From the NCBI RefSeq assembly GCF_001194135.2, contig NC_068989.1, positions 79,509,799 through 79,554,483 of the forward strand: DNA of 44,685 nucleotides, written 5' to 3'. Positions 1 through 10,377 of this stretch are shown piece after piece. The translations under genes were made by a program, and so were the position numbers. This DNA comes from Octopus bimaculoides. Taxonomy: Eukaryota. Below the pieces are notes generated by a model. That model did no database searches and was not told the DNA's origin. It saw only the letters and a program-made list of their open reading frames with translations. The stretch's first letter is position 1. Each line of letters starts with the position of its first letter.

Positions 1-71
1 GTCATACTATTACTTCTTTTTGTTGTTTACACCACCTGTCCTCGTCTGTTGTTGTTTTTTCGTACATTCTC

Positions 72-73
<2 letters not shown>

Positions 74-147
<74 letters not shown>

Positions 148-155
148 GTAGACAG

Positions 156-186
<31 letters not shown>

Positions 187-197
187 CATACATACAT
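74..197. repeat. Compound microsatellite (TA)n-(GATA)n-(CATA)n
   Basis: Directly visible tandem units. Confidence 0.97.
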
Positions 198-902
198 AGA
201 AACGCTAGACAGAATTTTCAGTTGCTTTGGTTCTCGAAGTTTTATATATACTTATTTGGTAGTCGTCTTGTGCAGAGAAAAACAACGTTTGAGTGATATA
301 ACAGTATATTTTCGGTGTATATAAGATATATAGAGTGTTTCTAGTGGGAAAAAGATGTAGAATAAGGAGTGTTAGAGAAAAGAAGAAAATAAAGAGTGGA
401 AGGAGGAATGAGAAGAAAAGAGGTAGAAAGTGAAGATTCATAAGATCGGGGTAGAAAGAAGGGATGCCGAAGAAATTTTTCTTGTTTGACAGTTAAAGCT
501 ATGTAGAAAGCTATTTGAATGGTTCAAGAGGTTATTGGTTTCTATATTATTGTTAAAGTTCATTCGAGCATATATGTAAACACAGCTGTTGCAACTTTAT
601 TTTCTATTGGTGTAGAGGTCGTACATGTGACACGGGTTGGTGGTTTGCGTTGAAAGCTTTGTTGCGTTATATCGGAAGTCTTACTGCTGGTTGGTTATAT
701 TCAGAGTCGGAAATTACTAGTTTATTTTTGCCTTTTATTTGAGTTCCTTCAAGCATCTTTGTAGATAAATAAGCGACGGGGTCAAATTCATCTAGGAGCT
801 ATGTATTAAAAGGTTGCCTTTAAACATGTCTTATAACCGAAAAAGAATTTTCCAGGAGCTGGCTTTGCAGATAAATATAGGAGTTGTTATTTCATGTTTA
901 TA

Positions 903-1096
903 AGGCGGTGAGCTGGTAAAGTCGTTACTGCGCCGGACAAAATGCTTAGCTTTCTGAGATCAAATGCCGCCGTGGTCGAATTTGCCTTTCATCCTTTTGG
1001 GATCGATAAATGAAGTACCAGTCAAGTACTGAGGCCGATATAATCGACTTTCTCCCTACCACGTAAAAAAGACTTCAGGCCTTGAGCCTATAGTAG
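903..1096 (+). mobile_element. SINE family A (octopus-type, Pol III B-box-like GTTCAAATTCC, core GTCGACTTTGCCTTTCATCC...GTCGATAAA)
   Basis: Head ggcggtgagctgg, core gtcgaatttgcctttcatccttttgggatcgataaa, tail ggccttgagcctatagtag. The same motif order recurs in more than 15 copies in this window. Boundaries approximate. Confidence 0.85.
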
Positions 1097-1160
1097 TATT
1101 GTTTCATGTATGTATACTTATTGATGCTAATATGAATTCTTCATCGTTAGATTATAGGTA

Positions 1161-1461
1161 TACGAGGGGTGTCCAAAAGTAACCGGAAACGTTCTTTGTG
1201 GGACAAGCTCGTTGTGTTCGGGCTTCTACCGCTAGAAACCACTTGATGCAACGCTCAGGCAACAGTCTGCCGACCGGAGTCGTCGGCTGAAGTCGTACTG
1301 CCACGTGATGCCTCTTTGCTTTGCAGTGTTTTTCCTTAGTTCGTCGATTTTTGAGATGCCTGAAACGAAAGAACAACGTTTTTCCGCGAAATTTTTTTTT
1401 CTGTTGGGGAAAACAGGGGCCGAAACAGTTGTCATGCTTCAGAAGATATACTGTAAAGCAT
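1161..1461 (+). mobile_element. Mariner (Tc1/mariner) transposon left end: TA + TIR + truncated transposase N-terminus
   Basis: TA at 1161-1162 followed by CGAGGGGTGTCCAAAAGTAACCGGAA, a mariner-type TIR. ATG at 1356 gives MPETKEQRFSAKFFFLLGKTGAETVVMLQKIYCKASL, matching the mariner paired-like HTH pattern EQR..IKF.F.LGKT..ET..ML..AYG..AL. No right TIR seen. Confidence 0.85.
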
Positions 1462-1489
1462 CTCTACCAATACGCCAACGATTTTGCCA

Positions 1490-1612
1490 CTATCTCTGTC
1501 ACAGTGTAACGAAATGTTTTGCTCAATAATATAACGCACTTCATGGTCCGGGAATCGAACACTCGATATATCAGATCGTAAGTACAACACCTTAGCCACT
1601 ACGCTACGTGTC
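1490..1612 (-). mobile_element. SINE family C, tRNA-derived head (fragment)
   Basis: Reverse complement reads gtagtggctaagg...gtgttcgattcccgga...ttgagcaaaacatttc (A/B-box-like), similar to the head of the copy at 26339. Confidence 0.6.
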
Positions 1613-1680
1613 ATCTATGTAAGCATATGTATATATAGATACTTATATTCATATATAAGCATCTATATACTTAAACGTAT

Positions 1681-1697
1681 CTCTCTCTCTCTCTCTC

Positions 1698-1735
<38 letters not shown>

Positions 1736-1833
1736 NNNNNNNNNNNNNNNNNNNNNNNNNNNNNNNNNNNNNNNNNNNNNNNNNNNNNNNNNNNNNNNNN
1801 NNNNNNNNNNNNNNNNNNNNNNNNNNNNNNNNN

Positions 1834-1878
<45 letters not shown>

Positions 1879-1915
1879 TACATATATCTATGTATGTATA
1901 TATACGTATATATGC
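1681..1915. repeat. (CT)n, assembly gap 1736-1833, (TA)n
   Basis: Directly visible. Confidence 0.97.
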
Positions 1916-2719
1916 ATCCACAGATTCAGTACATTATCCCACAAATTGCTGCATTCAACCATTCAACCCCATTAATGAGACATAATTTCTCATAAATGGA
2001 TGGTGTTGACAAATACAGAGTGCCTGGTTGAAATATTTCATTGTCAGTATGTTAATTGAAGAAATGTAATTAAATAAGCAAGTTTGCCAAACATGCCGGA
2101 TCATTTGAGAATAAAACTTTATCTCTTCATGATATTTAATCGTATTTTTATGTCTGAACATAGACACTGAACATGCAATTAGACCTAGCTTGTTTACATA
2201 TGTATGTGCCAACGTGGCATTTGTGCGTTTTATTTTTAATATATCCAAGTCTGAACGATTTGAAAGTGACATTGTACAAAATTGTTGACTTGTTGCAATG
2301 AGACATCATTTTTTTTTTTTTAATATCTTTATAAAGGAGAACTATTAAATATCCTGAAAATTCCTCTGTCGTTCTGAAAGAAAGCTATAGAAAATTACTT
2401 AATATCTTCTCTATTAAATTATTCTATAATGAATCATTCTTTATTCGTTTTCAGTTAAAACGATCGGTGTCATATTAAAATTCTACTGAAGTTATTCATT
2501 TACTACCGAATCCATTTTAAGTCGTTGACTCGTACGGAAACCACTCAAATAAGTTTAAATGCTGAAAACAAGAAGGTTACAGACAAAAGGTGAAGGTCTA
2601 CGCATGCGGGAACACGCCCTTTCTTGAGATTTTCAATGGATACGAGCTTTATTCATTAACATATGTTCTTGTGGAAAGGAGAACGTCACTACATAACCAT
2701 TTGTTTGGTCTTAAAACTC

Positions 2720-2910
2720 AACTTTTTTCTATTATATGGGCAAGGACTGAAATTTTGTGGGAAGGAGCTAGTCAAATACATCGACTTCAATGCTCGATTG
2801 GTACTCATTTTATCGATCCGAAAGGATGAAAGTCAACATCGACATTGATGGAATTTGAATTGAGAACGTTCGTAATTTGTCAGGCGTGCTAATGATTCGG
2901 TCTGATTGCC
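2720..2910 (-). mobile_element. SINE family A, diverged
   Basis: ggtactcattttatcgatccgaaaggatgaaag...ggaatttgaattgagaacg...ggcgtgctaatgattc is the reverse complement of the family A core and head. Confidence 0.8.
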
Positions 2911-3029
2911 GACTTTCGGCCATAAAATATAAGCGCTTCCGTTTTGAATCCAAAATAACAAATAAAATTAAAAATGAAGAACCATGTTTCCACATATTGC
3001 GGAATAAAAGCAAATTTATTACATAGATA

Positions 3030-3128
3030 ATAGCAATAATTAATAACAACAACAACAACAACAGCAATAACAACATTGAAAGAAATCGTTATAACGGTAA
3101 CAACAGAGGTAATAACTACAATGGCAAC

Positions 3129-3182
<54 letters not shown>

Positions 3183-3269
3183 TAAAAATAATAACAGACA
3201 ATAGTCGTAATAGTTGTAGCAGTAATGCTGATATAACTTTGTAGATAATAAAGATGACAATGATATGAT

Positions 3270-3307
<38 letters not shown>

Positions 3308-3372
3308 CGATGACGATGATGATGATGGTAACTACGACGATGATGATCAGAAGGATGACGACGACAAGGATG
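3030..3372. repeat. Compound trinucleotide microsatellite (AAC)n/(AAT)n/(GAT)n/(GAC)n
   Basis: Directly visible; explains the poly-I/L/H ORFs in the track. Confidence 0.95.
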
Positions 3373-3594
3373 TTGATAACGAGACGAAAGAGACATGTTT
3401 CATTGGACACCAGAACATTTTCGTAGGCGATCGATTGCAACAATTAAATTTTGATTAATGATATTTTACATGTCTTTTTTTTTTAACTTGGAAGCAGTGA
3501 GATGATATGTGGGTGGTGGTGAGAGTTTTTTTATTTTACTTAGAAGATGGTTAGTTCTACAAATTAGTTGTGATTTACTTGATTCAGACGTCAA

Positions 3595-3596
<2 letters not shown>

Positions 3597-3630
<34 letters not shown>
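3597..3630. repeat. (AAT)n tail of the adjacent SINE
   Basis: Abuts the SINE A 3' end (tcttttctac). Confidence 0.9.
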
Positions 3631-3631
<1 letters not shown>

Positions 3632-3848
3632 TCTTTTCTACTGTAGGCACATGGCCCGAAATTTTTGGGTAAGGAGGCCAGTCGATTAGATTGACTCCAA
3701 TACGCAACTGGTACCTAATTTATCGATCTCGAAAGGATGAAAAGCAAAGTCGACCTCGGCGGAATTTGAACTCAGAATGTAAAGACGGACAAAATGCTGC
3801 AAGGCATTTTTGCCCTGCGTGCTAACGATTCTGCCATCTCGCCGCCAT
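3632..3848 (-). mobile_element. SINE family A, near full length
   Basis: tcttttctactgtaggcac ... aaagtcgacctcggcggaatttgaactcag ... tgctaacgattctgccatctcgccgcc; 3' tail, core and 5' head all present. Confidence 0.9.
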
Positions 3849-3876
3849 ACTAATAATAATTACAATGATGATGATG

Positions 3877-3935
<59 letters not shown>

Positions 3936-3936
<1 letters not shown>

Positions 3937-4198
3937 TCTGGAAGAACCAAGACCTAGGACTGGAAATGAAAAGATTCCATATAGCCTCAGAAGCTAGTGT
4001 GGTACCTATTGTGATCGGTGCATTTGGGACCATCTCAAGGGGTGTAATATTCTGGCATCAAAAGCTGCAAATGCCAAACTTCACAGGAAGTATTCAGTTG
4101 GCAGCAATGCTTGGAAGAGCTCATGTGTTGAGAAAAGTGTTGCGCCTCTGAGCTGAGTGGTGGTGCTGAGATGTTACATAGATAAAACAGACGCCAAG
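3936..4198 (+). mobile_element. R4/Dong-clade LINE, 5'-truncated 3' end (C-terminus of the restriction-like endonuclease region + 3' UTR), flanked by (AAT)n
   Basis: VWKNQDLGLEMKRFHIASEASVVPIVIGAFGTISRG...IQLAAMLGRAHVLRKVLRL* matches the R4/Dong C-terminal pattern KY.DL..E..R....VVP.VIGALGT....IQK...LGTA.ILRKVL; stop at 4149-4151; (AAT)n on both sides. Confidence 0.85.
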
Positions 4199-4210
4199 TG
4201 AATAATAATA

Positions 4211-4256
<46 letters not shown>

Positions 4257-4285
4257 TAATAATAATAATCCTTTCTACTCTAGAC

Positions 4286-4341
<56 letters not shown>

Positions 4342-4342
<1 letters not shown>

Positions 4343-4443
4343 CCATTTTACTATAGGCACAAGGCCTGTTATTTGGAGGAGGAGGCTCGTCGATTACATC
4401 GACACCAGTACTCCACTGGTACTTATTTCATCGACCTCTCGGC
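4342..4443 (-). mobile_element. SINE family A, 3' portion with internal deletion, plus an isolated tail stub at 4269-4286
   Basis: ccattttactataggcacaaggcc...gtcgattacatcgac...ggtacttatttcatcgacctctcggcgg; stub tcctttctactctag lies between two (AAT)n tracts. Confidence 0.75.
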
Positions 4444-4812
4444 GGTATTTGTTGTCTTAACCATAAAAATAATAATAGTAACGAAAATAATAATAGATTC
4501 AAATTTAGGAGCAACATCACAATATAGTCTAATTACCGTACTACGTAGCAAGGTAATTACACAATAGCTAACATTATAGAAGTAACGTGAAATTCCATAG
4601 CGTTTGAATTATAGAATTACCATTGAAATTAATACGGATATTAATTTCATTAAGTATTCTTAATGATATTATTCTAATATTATTAAATATGAGGCTGAAA
4701 TCCTAATAATTGTTATATTCAGTTCAAGAACATTTTAAAAACTGCAACACAACTTTTGCCACCTTGAGATCTTATATTATATTCCATAGCTTCCTTCATT
4801 CTTTCACTCATA

Positions 4813-4816
<4 letters not shown>

Positions 4817-4877
<61 letters not shown>

Positions 4878-4895
4878 TCTAACTAACTAACTAAC
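4817..4895. repeat. (CT)n followed by (CTAA)n
   Basis: Directly visible. Confidence 0.95.
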
Positions 4896-5474
4896 GCTAT
4901 TCTCAGACCAGCGATTTTTCTGAAGTTTATCAATAACTTACAAAGCAACATTATTGGGAATATGCTGCATTGTCAGTAGTCCAGGTATTGCTTAACAATA
5001 TGCTAAAATACTCTATCGATCTGGATTTGTTAAAAGCGTTTTACGCATTAAAAAAAATCTTATAGCCGTATTGTATAACCAACAACTAAAAATGTTATTG
5101 TGTAATGGTCGTAGTGAGAAGATAGTAATTAAACAATGAACTACGTATGCAATAAGGGTTCGATTCTCGGTTGAACCATCATTACTTCTCATACCTGAAA
5201 GATTTCCGGCTTTAATAAAAATCCTAGATAGGAATGGATTTTGACAAGATGGATTTTTCCAGCTGAATTTTCTCAGAACACAGAAATACACATGTATTAC
5301 ACGCGGATAAAGTCGTCATGTGTTAACGTGTATGAACATTTTCGAAGACTAATCTATGCTTACACATATAGAAGAATAGGATGAAGAATCGATTACCCTT
5401 ACGTAAAAGAAGTCCTTGAATGTTTTGCTTTTATAACTCTGCCTCTACATTTAATTTTTGCAATATTACAGGGA

Positions 5475-5635
5475 TGCTAAAGCGGCGTTAGGGTAAAATG
5501 GTTAGCGGTATCTCGTCTGTCTTTATGTTCTGGATTCAATTCCGCTGAGGTTGACTTTGCCTTTCATCTTTTAGATGTAACCTACATACCCTGCCCCAAA
5601 ACTATTGACTTAGTGCCAAAATTTGAAATCAAAAT
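5475..5635 (+). mobile_element. SINE family A, diverged
   Basis: ggttagcggtatctcgtctgtctttatgttctggattcaattccgctgaggttgactttgcctttcatc. Confidence 0.8.
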
Positions 5636-5899
5636 TACAGGATTACCACAGCCCACTTACACAACAGGTATCTGGCTTTGACAATATTAAAAAATGTATT
5701 AATTATTAAGGAATTTTCAAGATATCAAATATAACCATATATATATGTTCGCTCTACGATTTACAACATGTTTATAACCAAAATAAAGAATGAATATTCC
5801 TTTGGATGAGGTATCAGATATCTTTGAGTAACAAACAAAAACACTTAAATATTACGAGAAAAAAAAACTAGTGGAAAGTAGTTTTCCAGCACATGGTAG

Positions 5900-6040
5900 A
5901 TATTCTAATTTATCGACTGGTGGGAGATGAAAGGCAAAGTTGACGTCAGTGTGTTTTGAACTCAAAATGAACAGAAACGGAATAAATTCCACAAAGCCTT
6001 TAGTCCGTTGTTCTAACATTTCTGCTACCCCAACGCCCTT
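5900..6040 (-). mobile_element. SINE family A, diverged
   Basis: aatttatcgactgg...gatgaaaggcaaagttgacgtcagtgtgttttgaactcaaaa. Confidence 0.7.
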
Positions 6041-6091
6041 GTGTTACAGATAAACAATAGTTATTGATTGGATAGAGACACACAACCTGTA

Positions 6092-6313
6092 TATTGATTT
6101 CAAATTTTGGCACAACACTAGCAATTTTGGGGGATGGAGTAAATCGATTACATCGACCCCCAGTGTTTGGCTAGTACTTTTTCTCTATCGACCCCGAAAG
6201 TATGAAAGGCAAAGTCGAGCTCGGTGGAATTTGAACCAAGAACGCGAAGACGGACGGAATACCGTTAGATATTTTGCCGGGCATGCGAACGATTATGCCA
6301 ACGCACCACCTTA
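6092..6313 (-). mobile_element. SINE family A, near full length (variant tail with ttggcacaa)
   Basis: tcgattacatcgacccccag...tatcgaccccgaaagtatgaaaggcaaagtcgagctcggtggaatttgaac...gccgggcatgcgaacgatt. Confidence 0.85.
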
Positions 6314-6469
6314 CCCAACCTGTATATTAGTCTCATTTATAATCTAAAGTAGCTTAATTCCCTTTCACTGTTGCCGACTGTACATATTATAAACGTGTAA
6401 AACTAATAGAGTAGTAATACCATTAATACTTCGCGTCAGTATTAATGTCTTAACTACACAGTTATGATC

Positions 6470-6600
6470 GGATATTTGTTTGGCTTCAGATCATCCATGA
6501 TCGAGTTTAAATATGAATAAAAGTATTCCGGCCGATATCACCTCGTCCTTTAAGGAGACATCTAGATCTACATTATCTAATATCTTATCCCCAATATATT
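6470..6600. mobile_element. Repeat family D fragment (other copies at 7590-7780, 8740-8965 and 41720-41960)
   Basis: aaaagtattccggccgatatc...tctacattatctaat aligns by eye to 7620-7685 aaaagtatttcagccgtgactatc...gctacattatttaat. Confidence 0.5.
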
Positions 6601-6734
6601 GTTTATTGCCAAGCCAAATGAAAAAGCGGAGCAGAGGGGGTCAACTGGTGTTGTTTATACAAGTCATTTATTAAACCAACCCCCGAGAAACAGCAATAGC
6701 TTCTACAATAAAATTCAGTATCTTTTATGGTTTC

Positions 6735-7255
6735 TCTTTTATATGCTTCAGTCATTGGACTGCAGCCATGCTGGGGCACCGCCTTGAAGATTTTGTTTGA
6801 ATAAATCAAACTCAGTACTTATTTTTGAAAGTGTGGTGCTTATTCTGTCCTTCTTTTTTGGCGAAACGCTAAGTTAAAGGGGCGTGAGTAAACCAACAGC
6901 GATTGTCAAGCATTGGTGTGGAGGGAAAGTACATACACAAAGATACATGCATGTTGATATATACACACATACATACATGCATATATATATATATATATAT
7001 ANNNNNNNNNNNNNNNNNNNNNNNNNNNNNNNNNNNNNNNNNNNNNNNNNNNNNNNNNNNNNNNNNNNNNNNNNNNNNNNNNNNNNNNNNNNNNATATAC
7101 GACGAGCTTCTTTCAGTTTTCATCTAGCAGATCCACTCCGAAAGCTTTATTCGACCGGAGCTACAGTAGAAGACATTTACCCAAGGTACCACGCAATGGG
7201 ACTGAACCCGGGTTCATGTGATTGGGAACCAAACTTCCTACGACACAGCCACCCC
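6735..7255 (-). mobile_element. SINE family B (tRNA-derived head, internal CA/TA microsatellite containing gap 7002-7094)
   Basis: 3' end cagtcattggactgcagccatgctggggcaccgcc; 5' head cccaaggtaccacgcaatgggactgaacccggg...cacagccac. The same order is seen at 22871-23225. Confidence 0.88.
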
Positions 7256-7589
7256 TTTATTGTCACTACAAAGTTTTTGTCAATTTGAAAGCATGATGCA
7301 AACTATTGATCCCAGGCACATCGTTCCTCTGTAGAGCTTCCTGTTAGTCATAAGTCTTTTTAGCTTCTTTCCTCAAACGTCTGCTCTCTAGAATTCATTT
7401 CCAACGTCTTTTCCTCTGGTCTATTCCTTTCAGCTTTCTGTTGATCTACGTTCTTTGAATTTGTAGGCTCCTTCCTTTCCTTGTTTGGGGGAAAATCGTA
7501 TAAAAAAGGAAGGGCTGCAGGATGGTATGGAACACAAAACCTAGATGGTGCGAAGCAAACGTCGCATCCTCACAACCACGATCGAACGA

Positions 7590-7780
7590 TTCTTTGATTC
7601 TAGATTATCCCTGACCGAACAAAAGTATTTCAGCCGTGACTATCCGTCTTTTAAAGGAGTTTCAAGGCTACATTATTTAATGAGTCCTTTAAATATGGCG
7701 AGGGGTGATTTGATGATGTTAGCAGTTATTTCTAGAATATCGAGTGATAATCTAGTAGATATTCCCTCGCTGTTTCACGG
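7590..7780. mobile_element. Repeat family D fragment
   Basis: Similar to 6470-6600; its end ttagcagttatttctagaa is the reverse complement of the gaaatagcagc motif at 8790. Confidence 0.55.
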
Positions 7781-8084
7781 TCCAAAATAGCGTCTTTATT
7801 GATGTGGAATGAGGGCGTTAACGTTGGCAATTAAAAGTTTACTCTGGCAAAGAATCGTGCATGAAAATTGCCGACAACAAAAGTTGTGAGTTACTTCTAT
7901 AAGTTGGTGCTTTGAGTGGACAGATCATGTTCCATGTTTTACATCTGCCATGAATAAAGTTCTTCATTGATAGTGTTGCAATGTCTTATGTCTGCCACGA
8001 GCCTTTATGTTCATTAGACTGAAGTTCCTCCCAGTTCTCCTCAGTATAAGCGATCGAAATTACAACACCCTGCTCTTGAGAAAG

Positions 8085-8250
8085 ACGCTAATCACCCATA
8101 CCTGTCGCTAGTACTTCATTCCATCTGATTTGACAGGAGCAACGTAAAATGAATTGCTTTTCTCGAGAAAACAATACACCACTTGGCCCGGGAACCGAAA
8201 TCTCGACACCAAGTTTATAAATCCAGCTCCCAAACCATTACACCATATGT
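8085..8250 (-). mobile_element. SINE family C head, diverged
   Basis: gagcaacgtaaaatgaattgctttctcgag...cccgggaaccgaaatctcgacacc is the reverse complement of ggtcgtgagttcgattc...cacgttgctc in the 26339 copy. Confidence 0.55.
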
Positions 8251-8739
8251 CTCAACAGAGAAATATCTATCTTTCCTTCATTATAATAGCTCCTTATCTG
8301 AACCAAGAAACCAATATGTGCTGTTTGTATGCCTGTTAAAACAACGTCCAAATCAACTTCAAATCATAATTCCTCTCAAAAGAAGGACAAGTTGGATAAT
8401 AAAGTTTTAGATTGTATACACCTTGACTTAAACGAAGACGGGATGCTTGTAGCTGGAACGCCTCTAGTTTTACCGTGGATCTGCTAGCTCTGGGATAACC
8501 TGGAGCTCAAAAACGACAGAAAGAAGAACAATAACAAAAGCTACAACAATAGTGACGACAAACACAGCAGCAACTATATAATACACAAAAAATATTTAAA
8601 TTCAGCTGTGAAACGCATCGAAATATTTATAATATATTAATAGCTATTGGTATAATATTTATTTGGAGCTAAGTGGGAAATTTGAACGTTTAGCACCTTC
8701 CTAAAGAAACACCAATGGCAGCTTAATTTTTGTTCGTGG

Positions 8740-8965
8740 AAAGCCAATGATGAAACCTCTGTATGGTTGCATGATTCCTTAGAATAGAAGAAATAGCAGC
8801 CTAAACTCCTTAAATAACAAACTAATGTCTTTAAAACGATGAAAAAAGTTGGGTAATGTGATCCTAGTTATTTCCTGGTTGAAAATAAGAAAATAAAAGA
8901 AAGAACAATTCAAGATGGATGGTCACAGTTAGGATATATCTTCTTGATCATGTCTAATATGGTTT
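8740..8965. mobile_element. Repeat family D fragment, opposite orientation to 7590-7780
   Basis: gaaatagcagcctaaactcc ... gatggatggtcacagttaggata. Confidence 0.5.
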
Positions 8966-9019
8966 AGCTATAAGGTGATGATTTGATAGAGCCGTCAAAT
9001 ATGTTGAATAAAATGCCTC

Positions 9020-9105
9020 ATGATATTTGCTCCAACTCTCTACGCTCTAAATTCAAACTTTGTGGAGGTCAACTTTGCTTTTCATCCTCTCGGTCTCAAT
9101 AAAAG
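9020..9105 (+). mobile_element. SINE family A core fragment (a second short fragment at about 9160-9215)
   Basis: ctctaaattcaaactttgtggaggtcaactttgcttttcatcctctcggtc. Confidence 0.65.
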
Positions 9106-9274
9106 AAATATAAATAGAAGTCGATAGGTTAACGGAAATATAAGGACCTAATGAATGGTTGTTTTGCGATATTTGCTCTGGCTCTTTGCATTCTAATTTC
9201 AAACTCCTACCTGGCCTACTTGGGTGGTAGATTTAGTTTTGTTGTCAGGTTTAGCACCAACACATTTGGTACTC

Positions 9275-9403
9275 CTAGCGAGGCTCAGTAGACATTCTGT
9301 GGTAGGCATTCCGACCAGGTTTCAAGTTTAACGATACCTTTCTTGTCTTGATGCTAGCAGTTTCAGGGGCCCTGAAAAGGGTCATGATATTCTGCTGTTT
9401 CTT
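9275..9403 (-). CDS. Candidate last coding exon of an unidentified minus-strand gene (KKQQNIMTLFRAPETASIKTRKVSLNLKPGRNAYHRMSTEPR*)
   Basis: Strong acceptor ttttttttctttctttcgatcag; phase 0, open for 42 codons to TAG at 9277-9275; frame matches the upstream exon 9458-9531. Confidence 0.55.
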   Translation of the reverse strand, partial: KKQQNIMTLFRAPETASIKTRKVSLNLKPGRNAYHRMSTEPR

Positions 9404-9457
9404 CTGATCGAAAGAAAGAAAAAAAACTAATAATACATTAATTTTTTTTTAGTTTAC

Positions 9458-9531
9458 CATCTCATCAACAAAGCCAGTTCCAACTACTGGAAATGAAAAT
9501 GAATTATTATCGTTACGCGGTGCCGGCGATT
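9458..9531 (-). CDS. Candidate internal exon, 74 nt, phase 1 to 0 ((E)SPAPRNDNNSFSFPVVGTGFVDEM)
   Basis: Acceptor tatttcgtcctcctttag, donor ATG|gtaaac; open only in the frame that joins the neighbouring exons. Confidence 0.55.
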
Positions 9532-10045
9532 CTAAAGGAGGACGAAATAGTACTATACATGGCTACCAGCCACTAACAATTTAAAGAATTTTATTTTAGT
9601 TTATGTAAAAGAACAATTAAAAATTAAATCTTCCTGTTTTTCAACTTAACTTAGTTTAACATAGAAGAGATTATCTCCCCTTTAATGAAAAATCTCCACC
9701 AGTAGTAACCTACGTGTTCAATTATTATTGTTCCTACACTGTTTTGTATTTATCCATTACATTAATTTTGTTCCAACTGTTCAGTTATGCGACGTATATC
9801 ACCGGCTTCCTATTCTTAAAATTATCTCTTACTCTCACCATTCCAGATAATTAATCTCATCGGTATTTTGTGACAAGGAATATTGATTTGTTTCTTAGGA
9901 ATAAGAAAGTACGTAATGCTCTTTCAGAATTCCCGGTTCAGTAGGATCCAACTAGTAGCACCCATTATGGATCCTTGCCAAAGTTATGAATCCCCAGTTA
10001 TAAGTAAATAGCCGCATTACCTTATTAGGAAAAAATCTCGGAAGT

Positions 10046-10360
10046 TTGTGTGTGTGTGTGCATGTCCGTGTATCTAACATACACACACACTCAGACACTC
10101 ACCATATATATATACATATATATATNNNNNNNNNNNNNNNNNNNNNNNNNNNNNNNNNNNNNNNNNNNNNNNNNNNNNNNNNNNNNNNNNNNNNNNNNNN
10201 NNNNNNNNNNNNNNNNNNNNNNNNNNNNNNNNNNNNNNNNNNNNNNNNNNNNNNNNNNNNNNNNNNNNNNNNNNNNNNNNNNNNNNNNNNNNNNNNNNNN
10301 NNNNNNNNNNNNNNNNNNNNNNNNNNNNNNNNNNNNNNNNNNNNNNNTATATATATACCA
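10046..10360. repeat. (TG)n/(CA)n/(TA)n with assembly gap 10126-10347
   Basis: Directly visible. Confidence 0.95.
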
Positions 10361-10377
10361 CAGTAAGCACACAAATG

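Noticed and set aside
200-900. Possible Penelope or other retroelement remnant on the minus strand
   Set aside because: Hand translation gave no convincing motif; left unassigned.
3372-3440. VDNETKETCFI resembling the R4 endonuclease PD..D region
   Set aside because: Too short and lacks the PD and downstream motifs.
2889-3443. Poly-I/L/H/C/S ORFs here and at 33939-34292 and 34350-34901
   Set aside because: Translations of tri- and tetranucleotide microsatellites.
9249-9330. Plus-strand exon-like reading GLAPTHLVLLARLSRHSVVGIPTRFQV*
   Set aside because: Overlaps the minus-strand exon, which has better phase support from its neighbours; probably an antisense shadow.
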